DNA from: Takakia lepidozioides
Lineage: Eukaryota > Plantae > Bryophyta
DNA length: 64,000 nt
Direction of reading: 5' to 3'
NCBI GenBank assembly: GCA_030704615.1
Contig: CM060732.1
Span: 20,212,001 to 20,276,000 of the forward strand
Shown here: positions 24,380 through 36,350 of the stretch, piece by piece
Position numbering within the stretch: position 1 is the first letter of the stretch
Layout of the letters: every line of letters starts with the position of its first letter
Notes under the pieces: generated by a model
What the model was told of the DNA's origin: nothing
Database searches by the model: none
The model's input: the letters and a program-made list of their open reading frames with translations, nothing else
Position numbers and translations under genes: made by a program

Positions 24380-26248
24380 CTATTTGGCAAATCACTCAGT
24401 CAGAACTGAATGGCATCGTTGCAGAAAACTGTGAGGTCGAAGCCTACAGGATCAGAGGGGAAAGGATCTGGAGATGGGGACGAGTCCGCAAAAAGCTCAG
24501 AGAATACAGATGAAGCAGATGAATCCGAAGTGCACTACCTTGACAAGGTGAAAGAACTCATGTCATTCCAGAAGGTAAACTCTCAGGAGGTTATAAGGGA
24601 CATGCTCGTATCTGGAGGGCGTCTGGACATACCTCTGTGCCGGATGATATCAATGCCTGTTGTGCGTCCACCTCTTCCCATGACATAACAAAATTGGAAA
24701 GTGATTTTGTGCATGGATATAGACTTGGTGCACAAGTTTTTTATGTGTCACTGACGGATATAAATGGGAAAAGCACATTAGTGTCTCCAGAGATCAGTGA
24801 TAACTAGGATGAGTGCTAGAAAGATGCCAATGAGGAGTTCGAGCTGGGCCTCATGATGGGAAAGAACACCCAGCAATTCTGCAACCACATGTTCTACGTC
24901 TGGGACGGCAACCACCGATTGCTGGCATGGATGGGATACATTCAGAAACACATTCGAAAGACAAAGACAAGCATGTTGCTGTGGAGGCAATGGTTTGGAT
25001 CCAGGAAACGACATCGCTAGGCTTCTTACAGCTATGCATGACGTGAACAAGTAAGTCATCCAGGAGATTTCATTCCCTCTGTAGTGTCTTGTTAATCCTC
25101 AAAAACAGTGTTAAGGAATGCAATGTTTCCAATGTTTTTGCAGATCGACAGAGAAATCGCATGTGACAACAAGCTTGGTTCACACACTATTCCGAATTCA
25201 GAGGATTGGTCTGATGAAGCTGGATGATTTTCGGACAGTACTACCACCCAATATCATCAAGAAGTGCGAAACAGGAAGAGCTGCAGGCACTTGGTATTCT
25301 TTGACACGAGAGGCGTTTCTGGAGTACATGTATGCGGTAAGCCCGAGTCTGTAATCTGTTTACTTTTCGAATACATGTTTGTAGTCCCTTCGGAGCTAAT
25401 CACTACTTGAATGAATGCAGCAAGAACTGGCAGAGGCAGCTGAGAAGGGAAAATCCGAATATTACCGCACTACACCAGAGGAACTAAGGACATCAAAGGG
25501 TGTGGAAGCTGCAATAAAGAAGGAGTTTGAAATGCGAAGAACCAAATTGATGTCAGCCTTCGGAAAGCAGCTTAGAATAGTAGATCCTGGACTTGGTCCT
25601 GAGTTCCTTCAGCAGATCAAAACACACTATGACAAGCATGTGCATCCGGAGATGCAGCAGGAGAAATTGCACCGGCTGGCCATATCGATGGTCGACCCAC
25701 AAACAAAAATAAGGTGGCTGGAGATATGGAACTCAGATCAAACAGTAAAGGACTTGAATCAGTTCCCAAAGAGCACCATACAGCCTGGCACAAAGGTGGA
25801 AGGAATCAGTGATTTGGTGTTTGATAACTGGCTCCACAAGGCTACATTTTGGAGTCAGGTGTGTATTCGAACATGCTGTTTCTTCTCTTCAAGTATGTGA
25901 TGTGTATCTTTTTTGCAATTCTGACAAATATACTATTTGCAGCTCGAAAAGCGCGCCGTCATTGTGCTGGATCAGACTTTGAAGGACCTGAACATTGCGA
26001 TTGTTTCCCCTCCCCAAATGTCATTGGAGGCATACATAAGGAAGTGGAGAGGTCTCACCTGGAGATACTGTTTTTTCCGGGAGTTCTCCAAAGATGGTAA
26101 CATTTTACGGTCCAACGACTTTGACAGTCAGGTTGGAGGAGAGTGGGCCATGATGCGAGTTGTGTACAGGTGCAATGTCATACTTGAAACTCTACTGTTT
26201 TTTGGGAAAAAATGTGGCTTCATATGGATTGCAATCTTAGATCCAGAT

Positions 26249-26971
26249 TGAATGTCGTTGACGACATTCACTTCTTTGTCTAAGTCATTCTTAAGCGAGT
26301 ATATGAATTCACCTGGTTAGGATCTAAGGGTGCAATTATATTGTCCCTGATTAGAATTGATAATGTCCTTGAATGGCGTTGACGACATTCACATACGGAG
26401 TTGTTGAGAGGTCCTCAGAGTTATTTAAATTTTTGTAATGTCCATAGAGGTTACAGTGAGGGTTCCTCACTTCATTTTGCTGAATGTCAATGCAGACATT
26501 CAGTTGTTCTGCATTGTTTTTGCCTCTTGCGATGAATGTGGAGGCTTGATAAGCTCTGTTTTAAGAAATCCAAAGTGAATGTCGTTGACGACATTCACAG
26601 CTGTGTCTGTATTATTCAACAGCGACAAATTCAATTTACATGGATTGGGAGCTAAGTAATTGGTTTCTTTTTTGTATTTTTGTGAATGGCGTTGACGCCA
26701 TTCACATACAGTGATGTTGTGAGGTCCTCAGTGATAGGTTCGTTATGAATGTGCATTGAGTTTGCCTGGAGGGTTCCTTACTCAATTTTTTGATTTCCAT
26801 CCTGTGATTTTGCTTCATTTAAGTAATAATTTGGCTTCATTAGTGAATGTCGTTGACGACATTCACTTCTATGTCTGTGTCATTTCTAAACGATAATTTG
26901 CATTCACCTGGATTAGGGTGTATTTACAGTATCATTGAATGGAATGTTCTGAATGGCGTTGACGACATTCA
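26249..26971. repeat. Array of 22-bp palindromes TGAATG(T/G)CGT-TG-ACG(A/C)CATTCA, specific to MULE-2, in an intron
   Basis: Copies at 26249, 26370, 26481, 26576, 26683, 26844 and 26950, with ~95-160 bp period, inside intron 26170-27111. Confidence 0.93.
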
Positions 26972-29900
26972 TATCTGGAGCAGTAGTGTGGTCCTGAAAG
27001 GTCCTTGGAGCAGTTCTCAGAGCCATTTCAATCTATGTTTTATTCTTTTGTTCTACTTGCATCTTACTCACTGAGCGCTTTTGTGGGTTGGGATTTATCT
27101 CCTTTTTTCAGGTACACGAAATATGTGCTTATGGAAGGAAATCACCTGAGCGGAATTCCCGACTATCTTGACATGTGGTCGGACCCTGCAAACGATCCAA
27201 CCATGTATACTGCAGGGATATTGAAGGACTGGAGTCCTTCTCACTTCAGAGACTGTGGGTGGTACCTTGACTGCCCACCTGAGCACACGACCTTTCAAGA
27301 ACAGCATATGAAATACTTGAACAATAACGCTGAGATGCTGGCGCCTTTGACTGACGAAGAGTATCAACGAAACATAGCAACATTGGCTGCCAAGGAGCCT
27401 GATGCTCAGGGAACGCCGCAGAAGGGAAAGAAGGCGGGCCGCAAACCAAAAGACAAGGCTGTTGATGTCATAGCCATCTCACCAGCAAAGCCAAAGGACA
27501 AAGACAAGTCCAAAGAGAAGGAAAAGGACAAGGGGAAGGAGAATGAAAGTGGGCAGGACTTTACTGCTGGAAGATATACCCGCACTCTTCAGTGCGTGTT
27601 CGATGCCAAGCCACACCCTTCCCGTTCTGATTCAGCAGGAGAGATGAAAATTGTTAATGAGGGTTGGCTTTCGATGATGCAGAGTCGAAAGAGAGGATAC
27701 ACTGGGGTGCCATCCCCTACCTGGGACAATATAATCTCATTCCTCAATCTGGTGAGAATTCCAGTTTCTTTCCTTTTTCTCTGAAAGTTTCGTTGGCAGT
27801 ATTTCAGTCTCGTTCTTTGAAAACATCTTGCCATCGTTCTTATAAAAAACATGTCTGTTGCAGGTGAGCACAGGTCCCACCTTCGTGTGCGGTGTGCAGA
27901 AAACTTATGCGGCCGACATTGTCATTCTCGACATCCCGGATGGCCAGGCTGTGCCAGAAGTTCTTCCAAAGGGCAAGACGCCAGGCTGGAACAAATTCGA
28001 GGACAACTACTGGAGTTGGGTGTTCGGGTTCTGTAACAACTTCCTCTCTGATGCAGGGACACTTCTGCTTTTTCAGTCATGTGACAATGATAGTCGTCGG
28101 GCATTGGCATCATACCTCAAGTCTTCAGGGTTTGAAGTTTTGCGCACATGGAATTGTGTGAACAGCCTCTACCTTGTGAAAGGGGGTTTCCCTGGTCAGC
28201 TGGTATGCCGTCTCCCTTCTGCTTGTGCTTTGATCATGAGTTTCAATTTTCTCTGCAGCTCCACTCTAGTAGAATGTTTTATGATCGACACCGATCATCA
28301 CCGATTCATGATTTTTTTGTGTCAGAGTTCTGAATAGCCGATGTACACACTTCCACTATAGATTGTGTTTACCACACTAACCTGCTATCTTTGCCAGACG
28401 AGGATGTTCGAGGCGATCTGCCTGCGGAGGATTCGCACATCAAAGACACCATCCTCCATCCGCAGCTTTGAGATTTCTGACCAGGGTTGTTTCGTCAACC
28501 CCCCCTATGAGCCCCATGTCGATGACATTTTGTACAACTTCATGCAGTCCAGTCAGACTCTGAAGAGACCAGATGGCACTCCCTGGAGAGGTGCAAAGGA
28601 AAAGTCACCAGGATTCATGCAAATACTGCTGGAGTCATGCAGCCACCGCTCTGCACGGGTGGTCGATCTTTCTGTGTCCACAGGTTCGTTTTTCCCTTCC
28701 GAATTGGTTTCCTTTCAACAGTTTCATCTGCTTAAATCCCCCCTCCAAACTGTTCATGTTCTCCTGTCTGGTGCAGGAGCAACTTACCACGCATGCAAGG
28801 CAGGCGGAAGAAGCCTTTTTGGCATGGAGGGTGATTCTGACCTCTACAACACCGTGCTCCTCCCCTTTTGTCTGGCTCCACTTCAGGCACACAGACTGAT
28901 CGGATTCAAATTCGAAATGATGACGATCCCGAAGATAAGCAGGTCGACAACGACTTTTCATGTGAGTAAGTGCTAAACCCTCTTTGGGAGTCATACTCAA
29001 TTTCTCGATAACATCAAAGTTACAGTAATAACTTTTTCAGGCTGTCTTTCAGGAAAGGCAGCGGTGGATCTTCAGGAGATACAGTCATTTCTGGCGAGTC
29101 TGTTTTCGACAGCCCCCTTTCCAATTTTCTGCTTCCTGTTTATGCCGAAGCAATGGCACTTCACGCGGCCGAGTCCCTATCCCCTGACTTTTTAGTGGCC
29201 AGCCGTAGGTGTATCCAGCGTGGATCCGGTGTTCTAAAATACTTAGACTTAGATGCAGAGGAAGAGGGATACATTGTACTGACTCTGAGTCAGACTGAAC
29301 TGTATTCTTTTAATATTCATTTTCATATTATCTGGAAAACGTTGAATCCCCTTCCTCCACCGTAGTTGTTCCTTTAGAACAAATAATAATCACAGAATCA
29401 ACTTTCGTTTAAATTGCTATATGTATGAATCCATCTCACAAACCTTCCTGACTCTTCTCATATCCATTGTGCATTCATCTACACTGTATTCATGCGTGCT
29501 CCATTCATGAAAGCTTCCTTTGTACAACATCCATTGTACATTCATCCTCTGTACTCTTTAATCCACCCCACAAACCTTCCACACTCATTTCATATACGTT
29601 GTGCATTCGTCAAAAGATTTGGTCATGCATCTTCCTGTCATGAATTTTTGTCATTGCTCAACATCCATTATACATTCATCCATTTCCATCCGTCATTCAT
29701 CCATCTACATACATTTTTCACACTCATCCATCTGTTTATCATCCAACTGTACATTCATCCATCCTTTATTCAATGCCTTTTATTATGTCGTCCAGCTTGT
29801 TTCCGCGGTAAAGGGTGCCAATCCGCGGGAATACACTCCACTTCTTTCTGGGCGCGTGGTGACGCGGCCTTCACGTGTGATGACGTGGACTGAGCCCCGT

Positions 29901-29996
29901 GACGTGGCATTTGCGCAAGGTGACGTGGCGTGAGCGCAGTTGCGCTCACGCGCTCACGTGACCAGGCTCACGCCGAGGCATCCCTGCAATGTGCCA

Positions 29997-31327
29997 CACT
30001 AACAACTGCGTTAGAAGTTAACAGACAAGGAGAGAGATGTATGATGGCAGAAGCTGAGATAATAGAACAAGGGAAACTCAATGTTGATTTGAAGGCTACA
30101 ATCTATTGCAATGAGAATACTTTCCAACAGTACAGTCAGGTTGAGGCTGAGAATGAAAGGTACATCCTGGAGTTGCAGCAAACACTCATGGTCCATAAGA
30201 ATGAACTCTCTGTGGCTAACAAGGCTTGGAAGGAAACCAATAATTTGGCTGTTGCCTATGCGGCCCTAGTTGAACCTCATGCGAAGCGCATGGAGGCTTT
30301 ACAACAGCAGTTCGATGTGTACAGACTCAAGGAGGAGCAGGCTATCAGGGGTGCTACACAGGACTTGGTGGATAATCATCTTATGCAAGTATGGTTAACA
30401 CAAGGGCCGGTGGAAGGGAAGGCACCACGAAAGCTCACTCAGGGGGAGATGAATGATCTCAGATTGCAGGTGCAGAACATTGCCACAACTACTATAGACA
30501 ATGTCTATAGTAGAATAGCTGAGTTACATGATGATGTGGAAGGCCTGCAGACTCAAGTGGATGACCTGAGTTCCAATATTGACAAAAGAGTCTTTGTTCC
30601 TGAGGAGCAGCTGGTGGCTACTTATTTGCATGCCAGGACTCTAATTTTCCAGTCTTCATCATAGGAGGTGCAAGAGTGACCAGTGGTAGGAGGGACAGCG
30701 GCAGCAATATCACAACCTCCACAGCAGGTGGCTGTGCAGGTGGTTGACACTGTTGATACCATGGCGCAGCCACAGTCTGAGGTTTGGGGGGATGCTGCTT
30801 TCAACCCATCTAGGACTCCTGCAGCGCGGGAGTACAATCGGGCTATGATATTGCCCTTCAACCAAATTCTCATTGTGATGGATTTGGCTTGGAAGGAATT
30901 CAGTCCTCCACAGTCTTTGGCACATTATTACCAGATCATGCACATTTGGTTGCCAGTGGCAACTCGGACTAAGGTTCTTCTGAACAATCGACCCATTGAG
31001 GATCATCATTTTGCAAGGTACTGGTCTGAGGCAGGCACCATGTTGAAGGAATTAATTGTCTTTCAAGTTGTTCATGGGTACATCTACACCAAGATCAAGG
31101 AGGTATCTAGTATTGTCATAGGTTGTGGATTGTACTATGCTGCTTGTTTCTTTGCACGTTATCACATTGAGCAGCAGAAGATGCAGTCAAGATTTATGAG
31201 TTATTCCAGTGGAGATCATTGGGTCTTACCTTCACTTCCACCTCCTATGTATCTATATGATGCGAAAATCATGATGCAGAAGGATTCCCAGCTTCGTTTA
31301 TGGTTTAATTTGGCTTGGAACAGTTAG
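29997..31327 (+). pseudogene. 3' part of the coiled-coil accessory ORF
   Basis: ORFs 29930-30664 and 30683-31327 are in the same frame, separated by one stop, and in frame with 18208-18502. Confidence 0.6.
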
Positions 31328-31359
31328 GCCAAAGAAAAATTGGGCCCTGATGATATTTT

Positions 31360-31805
31360 GAGCAAGAACGGAAGCAAAGATGGTGAACATGGTGAAGGAG
31401 GAGAGATAAACAGTAGATGCTTGTTACATGCGAAGCTGTAGTGATACTGTAGAGCAAATTAAAGACACAATGGCTTCAGCCTGATACCTGATAAATCGTA
31501 ATCTGATACTTATTCGAAACAATCACACTGTGTAGAGAGACATGAGTGAAGTTGTGGAATGAATGGATGAGTGAATGGAACCTGGTAGATACTGAAGCAA
31601 TCTAATGCCTCAGTATACACAGTAAGGTAATTTGCTAACATGAAGGCAAGAAAGAATACAAATAGGAAACACAACCATGATTCACTAGCTGTAGGTCATG
31701 ACTGATTGTTCTGAGCGGGCTGAGTGCTTGGAGATATCCAACTCTTCTATCTTGGAGTTTCCACCTCGGATAGCGAAGGGATGGGTGAGTAAAAGCCCCT
31801 CGACA
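31360..31805 (+). repeat. 446-bp inverted copy of the Gypsy 5' internal region at 56735-57180
   Basis: Near-identical reverse complement along its whole length; duplicated ORF text in 31635-31817 and 56531-56905. Confidence 0.9.
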
Positions 31806-34800
31806 CGCCACAACCATTTTCTACTTGTGGATTGCGAATGCTCCCAAACGCTAGAAATTAATATTGTTTAGTGTTGGTATAGACTTGATGGTTGTTTTCA
31901 TAGACTCTATGAAAACCATGGGGAGAAAAGGAAATCATTTTTTAATGTTCGCCCACGAGTGTGTAGGGAATGCTGATTATTCCAAACTAGTAAACGGAGC
32001 AAGTCTTTACATTGAATGGAAGTGCATTGGAGCCTTTTGGAAAAGTGGGATTGTATTATGTCATATTTTTCTTACAGGTAGAATAAGATATTCATCATGC
32101 CCAGTGGAAGCTGGAAGCTGGGTCTGTGGCCTAGAAAAAGTTTCAAATGAGATTTCGCGTCTAAATAAGACTAAGAGGGACAGATCGGGGTTTTCAATTT
32201 GCAGACCTTGAATCGTATCCGCTATGCGTTGCCATCTTAGCACCATTCAGCCCCTCGTAAGTTGGCACCTGTATGCTTTGTGAAATGTCCTCTTTAGTGC
32301 ACATTATTGTTGCATTTGTAGTTGAAAAATATTGTTGTCTGCCTGAATGTGGTGCTCTAGTACTAAACAGCAATCTCTCAAGTGCCTCCAACTTGAACTT
32401 GGGGATCCAGTCCTGACTAGTGTATTTGAGTGATTTGGCAGGTTTGAAGTGAAACGAGTAGTTTCACTCTATCATGGGCTCGTGAAGTTTATACAAAGAT
32501 TGCCAGTGCAGCAATCAGACGTAGAGAGGGTGTCTGCAGCCCGAGCCACGGCCTTCTTCTTGCTTTCCAACCAAGAAGTTGATGTACTATGTTTGTCCGT
32601 GTTCCTTGAAAAACATTCTTTGCTTCATCATTTGACTTTGTAAAGTGGACAGCTGCTCACCAGGGTTCCAGTATTCATCTGTCAGAGCGGATCCCACGAA
32701 GTATTGTTTGTCAACAGATATGGATTTGCCCCAAGACCTTTGGTTAATGTCACTAAGGCATTCTCAAGCTTCTTGCATTACATGTCAAGGTCTGCAGAAC
32801 AAACAAACCTGAAGCAGGGTCCATGGAGGGTCTAAGAAAGTCCTAGAGAACGATGACACTGCCAGAATATTGGAAGATGTTGCAGGACCCAAAGGTGGAG
32901 GATGCAGCTCAGATATTGAAAGCATTGGCTGTGCATCGTGGGGACCGGGTGAGCATCATAATGGAGTTGCTAGAGCTAGAGTCATAGCTAGCGCAGTGTG
33001 GGATGAGACCCAAACTGGGGGGGGGGGTGGGGGGATCGAGTTTATCTGCCCTGTTCAAATCCACTACAAGATGCTATCTCGGAGGTTGGATTCACTCATT
33101 TCCTCTTTTTCAGTTTGCTGCAGCTTCAGTTAAAGAAAGCGAGTGCTGGAATCTCTGAGTCATAAGAATCTTTTATGTTTCACACAATATGTCTCTCACT
33201 TCCACATCTTAAACCAGGTGTTTGTCTACCACCACAATGCTAATGCAAAGCACAGTTTTACCACTCTCTGCTGTGTCCCTTGGCCATCCTATAGATGTGA
33301 TTATGTCAAAGATGTAGTACTTCAAAGGTTTTTAAATCGGGGAATGTCTGGAAACTTTTTGGGGTCGTCTGGGCATGGAGTGGATATGATGAACTTTTTC
33401 CCTTGTCTGATGTCTTCTTGGCTTGTCTCTTGCAGTTGTACTTTATCCCATTTCAGATTTTTCATATGACAAATCCTAAAACACTGCAGTAAATGAAGCT
33501 TTGATCACAATCTTGAAAGGGAATTTTACAGCATATGGCCCATTGTCTCCTTTCTCTACGCCTGAGTATGGTGGGCTTAGATGCCAAACACAGTCACCTG
33601 ACTTCCTGATTAGCATTTATGATATCTTTGAAGAGCTGATTTCTGAACCCTATGGATATGTGGTTGGTTCTATGTTGTTCCACTTGTGTCCCTTGGACAC
33701 TCACTCAAACTGAACAAGCTTTTCTATAGAATCCTGCGGCCTAATTAGTTATTTGCACCTTTATCTCCCTCTCTTCTGAGGGCATTGGGGCGATTTAGGG
33801 TGGGCTCCCACAAATTACAGGTAGAGACTGGTAAGTGGGAAAACTCACAGCCTGAAGACCACCTATGGCCACTAAGGCACCGCGCCCAACTGATGCATCA
33901 AAAGTGAAGAACACTTCTTCCTTTATTGCCCTCTTTACTATGAGATCCTTGAGAAACTCCATTGTCTGTTCTGTGAAACTCAATCTGTCACAGACTACTT
34001 CCATTCTGAGCCACAGAAATGCTTGCCAGCCTATTTGCACGAACATTTGACCCTCAGGCGATCCCTTGAGCAGTAGTTGCTTTTGGGCTGCTTTCGGCTT
34101 CACACTCTGTCTTTAATTCTCTTTATTGTTTGTTGTTTTCATTTTGTCCCACAAGCTGTTTGAGCTTTCTGCGGTCGATCGAAGTTCCATTTCATTTCGT
34201 TTCTTTCCACGTTATGTGACTTCCTGGCTCTATTTCTTTTCGTGCTCAAGTCTGGGATCATCTATTATTGGAATGCTGAAACTATGTCCTGGGTAAGTCT
34301 TCATGTGTTGATAAAAACTCTTGCACCCTCTGTTGCTCCCTAATGAAGTGAGTAGGGAGTTACAACTGCTGGTCACGGTGATACAGATAGTTGATTTGGG
34401 TAATTTGACCTGCTCAAGTTATTGGATAGTTCATTTTAAGGTTTCCTCCTTTATTTATTGGTTCGTTATCTATGTGAATTTCCTTGATGATCTGTCTTGG
34501 TTTTCATCTTTGAAAGCTTTTCCTTACATTTGATGTGGCTATCTCATTCTATCTTTTCTTAAGGTGAGTTCACAGTTTCCTAGGCTCTCACTCACTGGAA
34601 AGGTGTTCCAACACATATGCAATAATCAAATGAAGGACTTACCAAGATACCTACTGCGTTCAACAAGAGTATGCACATTTTGGATTTGTTAATTTGGGTC
34701 TAATAATGAGTATCCATATATCTGCCCTGGGTAAGTTAAGTACCAGTTATCGAATACCTGCCAAGTGCTCTTAGCTAGAATGTGCCCCGTTTGTGCAAAC

Positions 34801-35050
34801 TTGATGTTTTGCTTGAGATTTGTGAAGGGATCGCAACAAGAAGAAGTGGAGGAGGCTCACAGCCAAATCCCAATACAAGAAGTTCCTTGTAGCTAGGGCA
34901 TGTCAGGCCTCTTCCCACAATTGCAAACATTGTGTGGCCATCTCCTGATGATGAAGTTCTTTTTTGGAAACAAAATAACCCAAAACAAGGTGATTCAAAG
35001 GCAGTTGCAGTTGGCATGAGCTCATCAAAGGGCGTATGTCTGGATGAGGA

Positions 35051-35795
35051 TCTGGCATACGTAATACACATGACATCAGAGATGGCCCCCTTGGCCAAAG
35101 TGGGGGGTTTACGGGATGTACTAACTGGTCCTGCTCAGGCATGACTTGAAAGGGGACATAAAGTGGAGGTGAAGCTACCTTTCTATGAGAAGATACCTAA
35201 GGATGAGATCGAGGGCCTTGTTCCTGCCGTCTCATATTCATCATATCATAGGGGAGGTTGGGTGCCCATTCACATTTATCGTGGTAAGGTCTTGGGAGTA
35301 CCCATTTTATTTGGAGCCAAACAACCAATTTTTTAAGGGGTCACAAATCTATGGAGGGTCTTATGATGACCTGGAAGCATATTTGTTTTTCAGCCGTGCC
35401 AACCTTGAATGGATGCAGGTCTAAGCTGTTGCCCTTCACAATTTGGTAACTTGACATGTTTGCACCATCAGCCCCTTGTGAAATCGATCATATTGTACAA
35501 TTAGGTCAGAAATGGAATTCATGCTTTCTACAAAGCTAGATACTAGATAGTGTAAAGATTGTTCAGACAAAAGTGTGGCTAGTTTGATATTGTTGCAGTC
35601 CAGAGGCCCAAACATTCAACCTTAGGAACTTTGTTCATTTGAGACCACTAACCCATCTATCTCATCCCACTTTTATCGTTCTTCTTATACACACAGATCA
35701 CAAGAACCCAACCAGATATAATTCATATCCATGAGTGGCAAATACTTGGCCTGGCGATGCTCTACTGGGACATGTACCACCACATATATGGAGAA
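35051..35795 (+). pseudogene. Starch synthase 6-like (GT5) pseudogene fragment
   Basis: VIHMTSEMAPLAKVGGLRDV...GHKVEVKLPFYE...EPNNQFFKGSQIYGGSYDDLEAYLFFSRANLEWMQ | TQPDIIHIHEWQ...LYWDMYH. Stop at 35142 and a frameshift. Only the N-terminal GT5 part is seen. Confidence 0.8.
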
Positions 35796-36350
35796 TATAC
35801 CAGTTTCAGGCCCTGCAAGACTATGTTGTATGAGTTTAATCAGCTGGAAGTAATCTCTGTACAATGTTTTTTTCAAGAATGTATCTTCGAATATATGGTC
35901 GTTATCCTGAATTATATCAAAATGTTAATGTCCACAGTAAACCTCGAAAATCTGGGCATGTGCAACACTTCAAATTGCAAGATATGCTTTAAATAAAGAC
36001 AAAATAAATTATGAACGCCGGAACAAATATGCATTAAAAAACAATTTTTTTCATGAAAACATTACAAATGAAAATCCAAACAATTTGAAATCTAAACCAA
36101 TCAAAAACAAAGATAAAAGAGAAATCATGTAAACAACATTCATAATCCAAATCTAGTTGTTGTATCAAAACAAACCACAATTTCTCTCTCTTTTGATGGA
36201 TCTTTTTTTAGATATTTTCCAAGGCAGTGTCCCCTTTCTCAGCCTCCATGGCTTGTCATGTGAGGTTATTTTTCCCTCGGTAATATATTTTGGTCTACCC
36301 CATACATTGTATTTTATTTGAAAAGAAAAACGAGCCACATAAGTTACCCA

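Larger units (their letters stand above)
23422..29365 (+). pseudogene. MULE-2 cargo gene: ParB/Srx-like domain plus beta-class N4C/N6A DNA methyltransferase-like domain, about 10 exons
   Basis: Exons ~23422-23810, 24425-25050 (FYVWDGNHRLLAW at ~24892-24930), 25144-25336, 25421-25858, 25943-26169, 27112-27751, 27864-28202 (IVILDIPDG), 28398-28683 (EKSPGFMQILLESCS...VVDLSVSTG), 28777-28965 (ATYHACKAGGRSLFGMEGD) and 29041-29365. All introns GT-AG. Frameshift at ~24680 and TAG stops at ~24805 and ~24817. Confidence 0.88.
18503..29986. mobile_element. MULE-2: Mutator-like transposon carrying ParB-MTase, full-length but decayed
   Basis: TSD caatgtgcca (18493-18502 / 29987-29996; 9-10 bp depending on the end assignment). 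Imperfect TIRs caacgacgcaatggcatgagc... / ...gctcacgccgaggcatccctg. Host ORF restored on removal. Ends match those of MULE-3 in inverted orientation. Confidence 0.92.

Noticed and set aside
26249-26971. CRISPR array (also 3332-3815 and 49584-50390)
   Set aside because: Spacers are long, variable in length and partly homologous to each other. There are no cas genes, and the context is eukaryotic non-coding DNA inside transposons.
23422-29365. Bacterial or phage contamination (ParB plus MTase operon, or a restriction-modification system)
   Set aside because: The gene has about nine GT-AG introns at positions shared between copies and lies inside TSD-bounded MULEs. No ParA or restriction endonuclease is present.
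32060-34110. Named host gene(s)
   Set aside because: Exon-like fragments with stops that I could not assign to any family.
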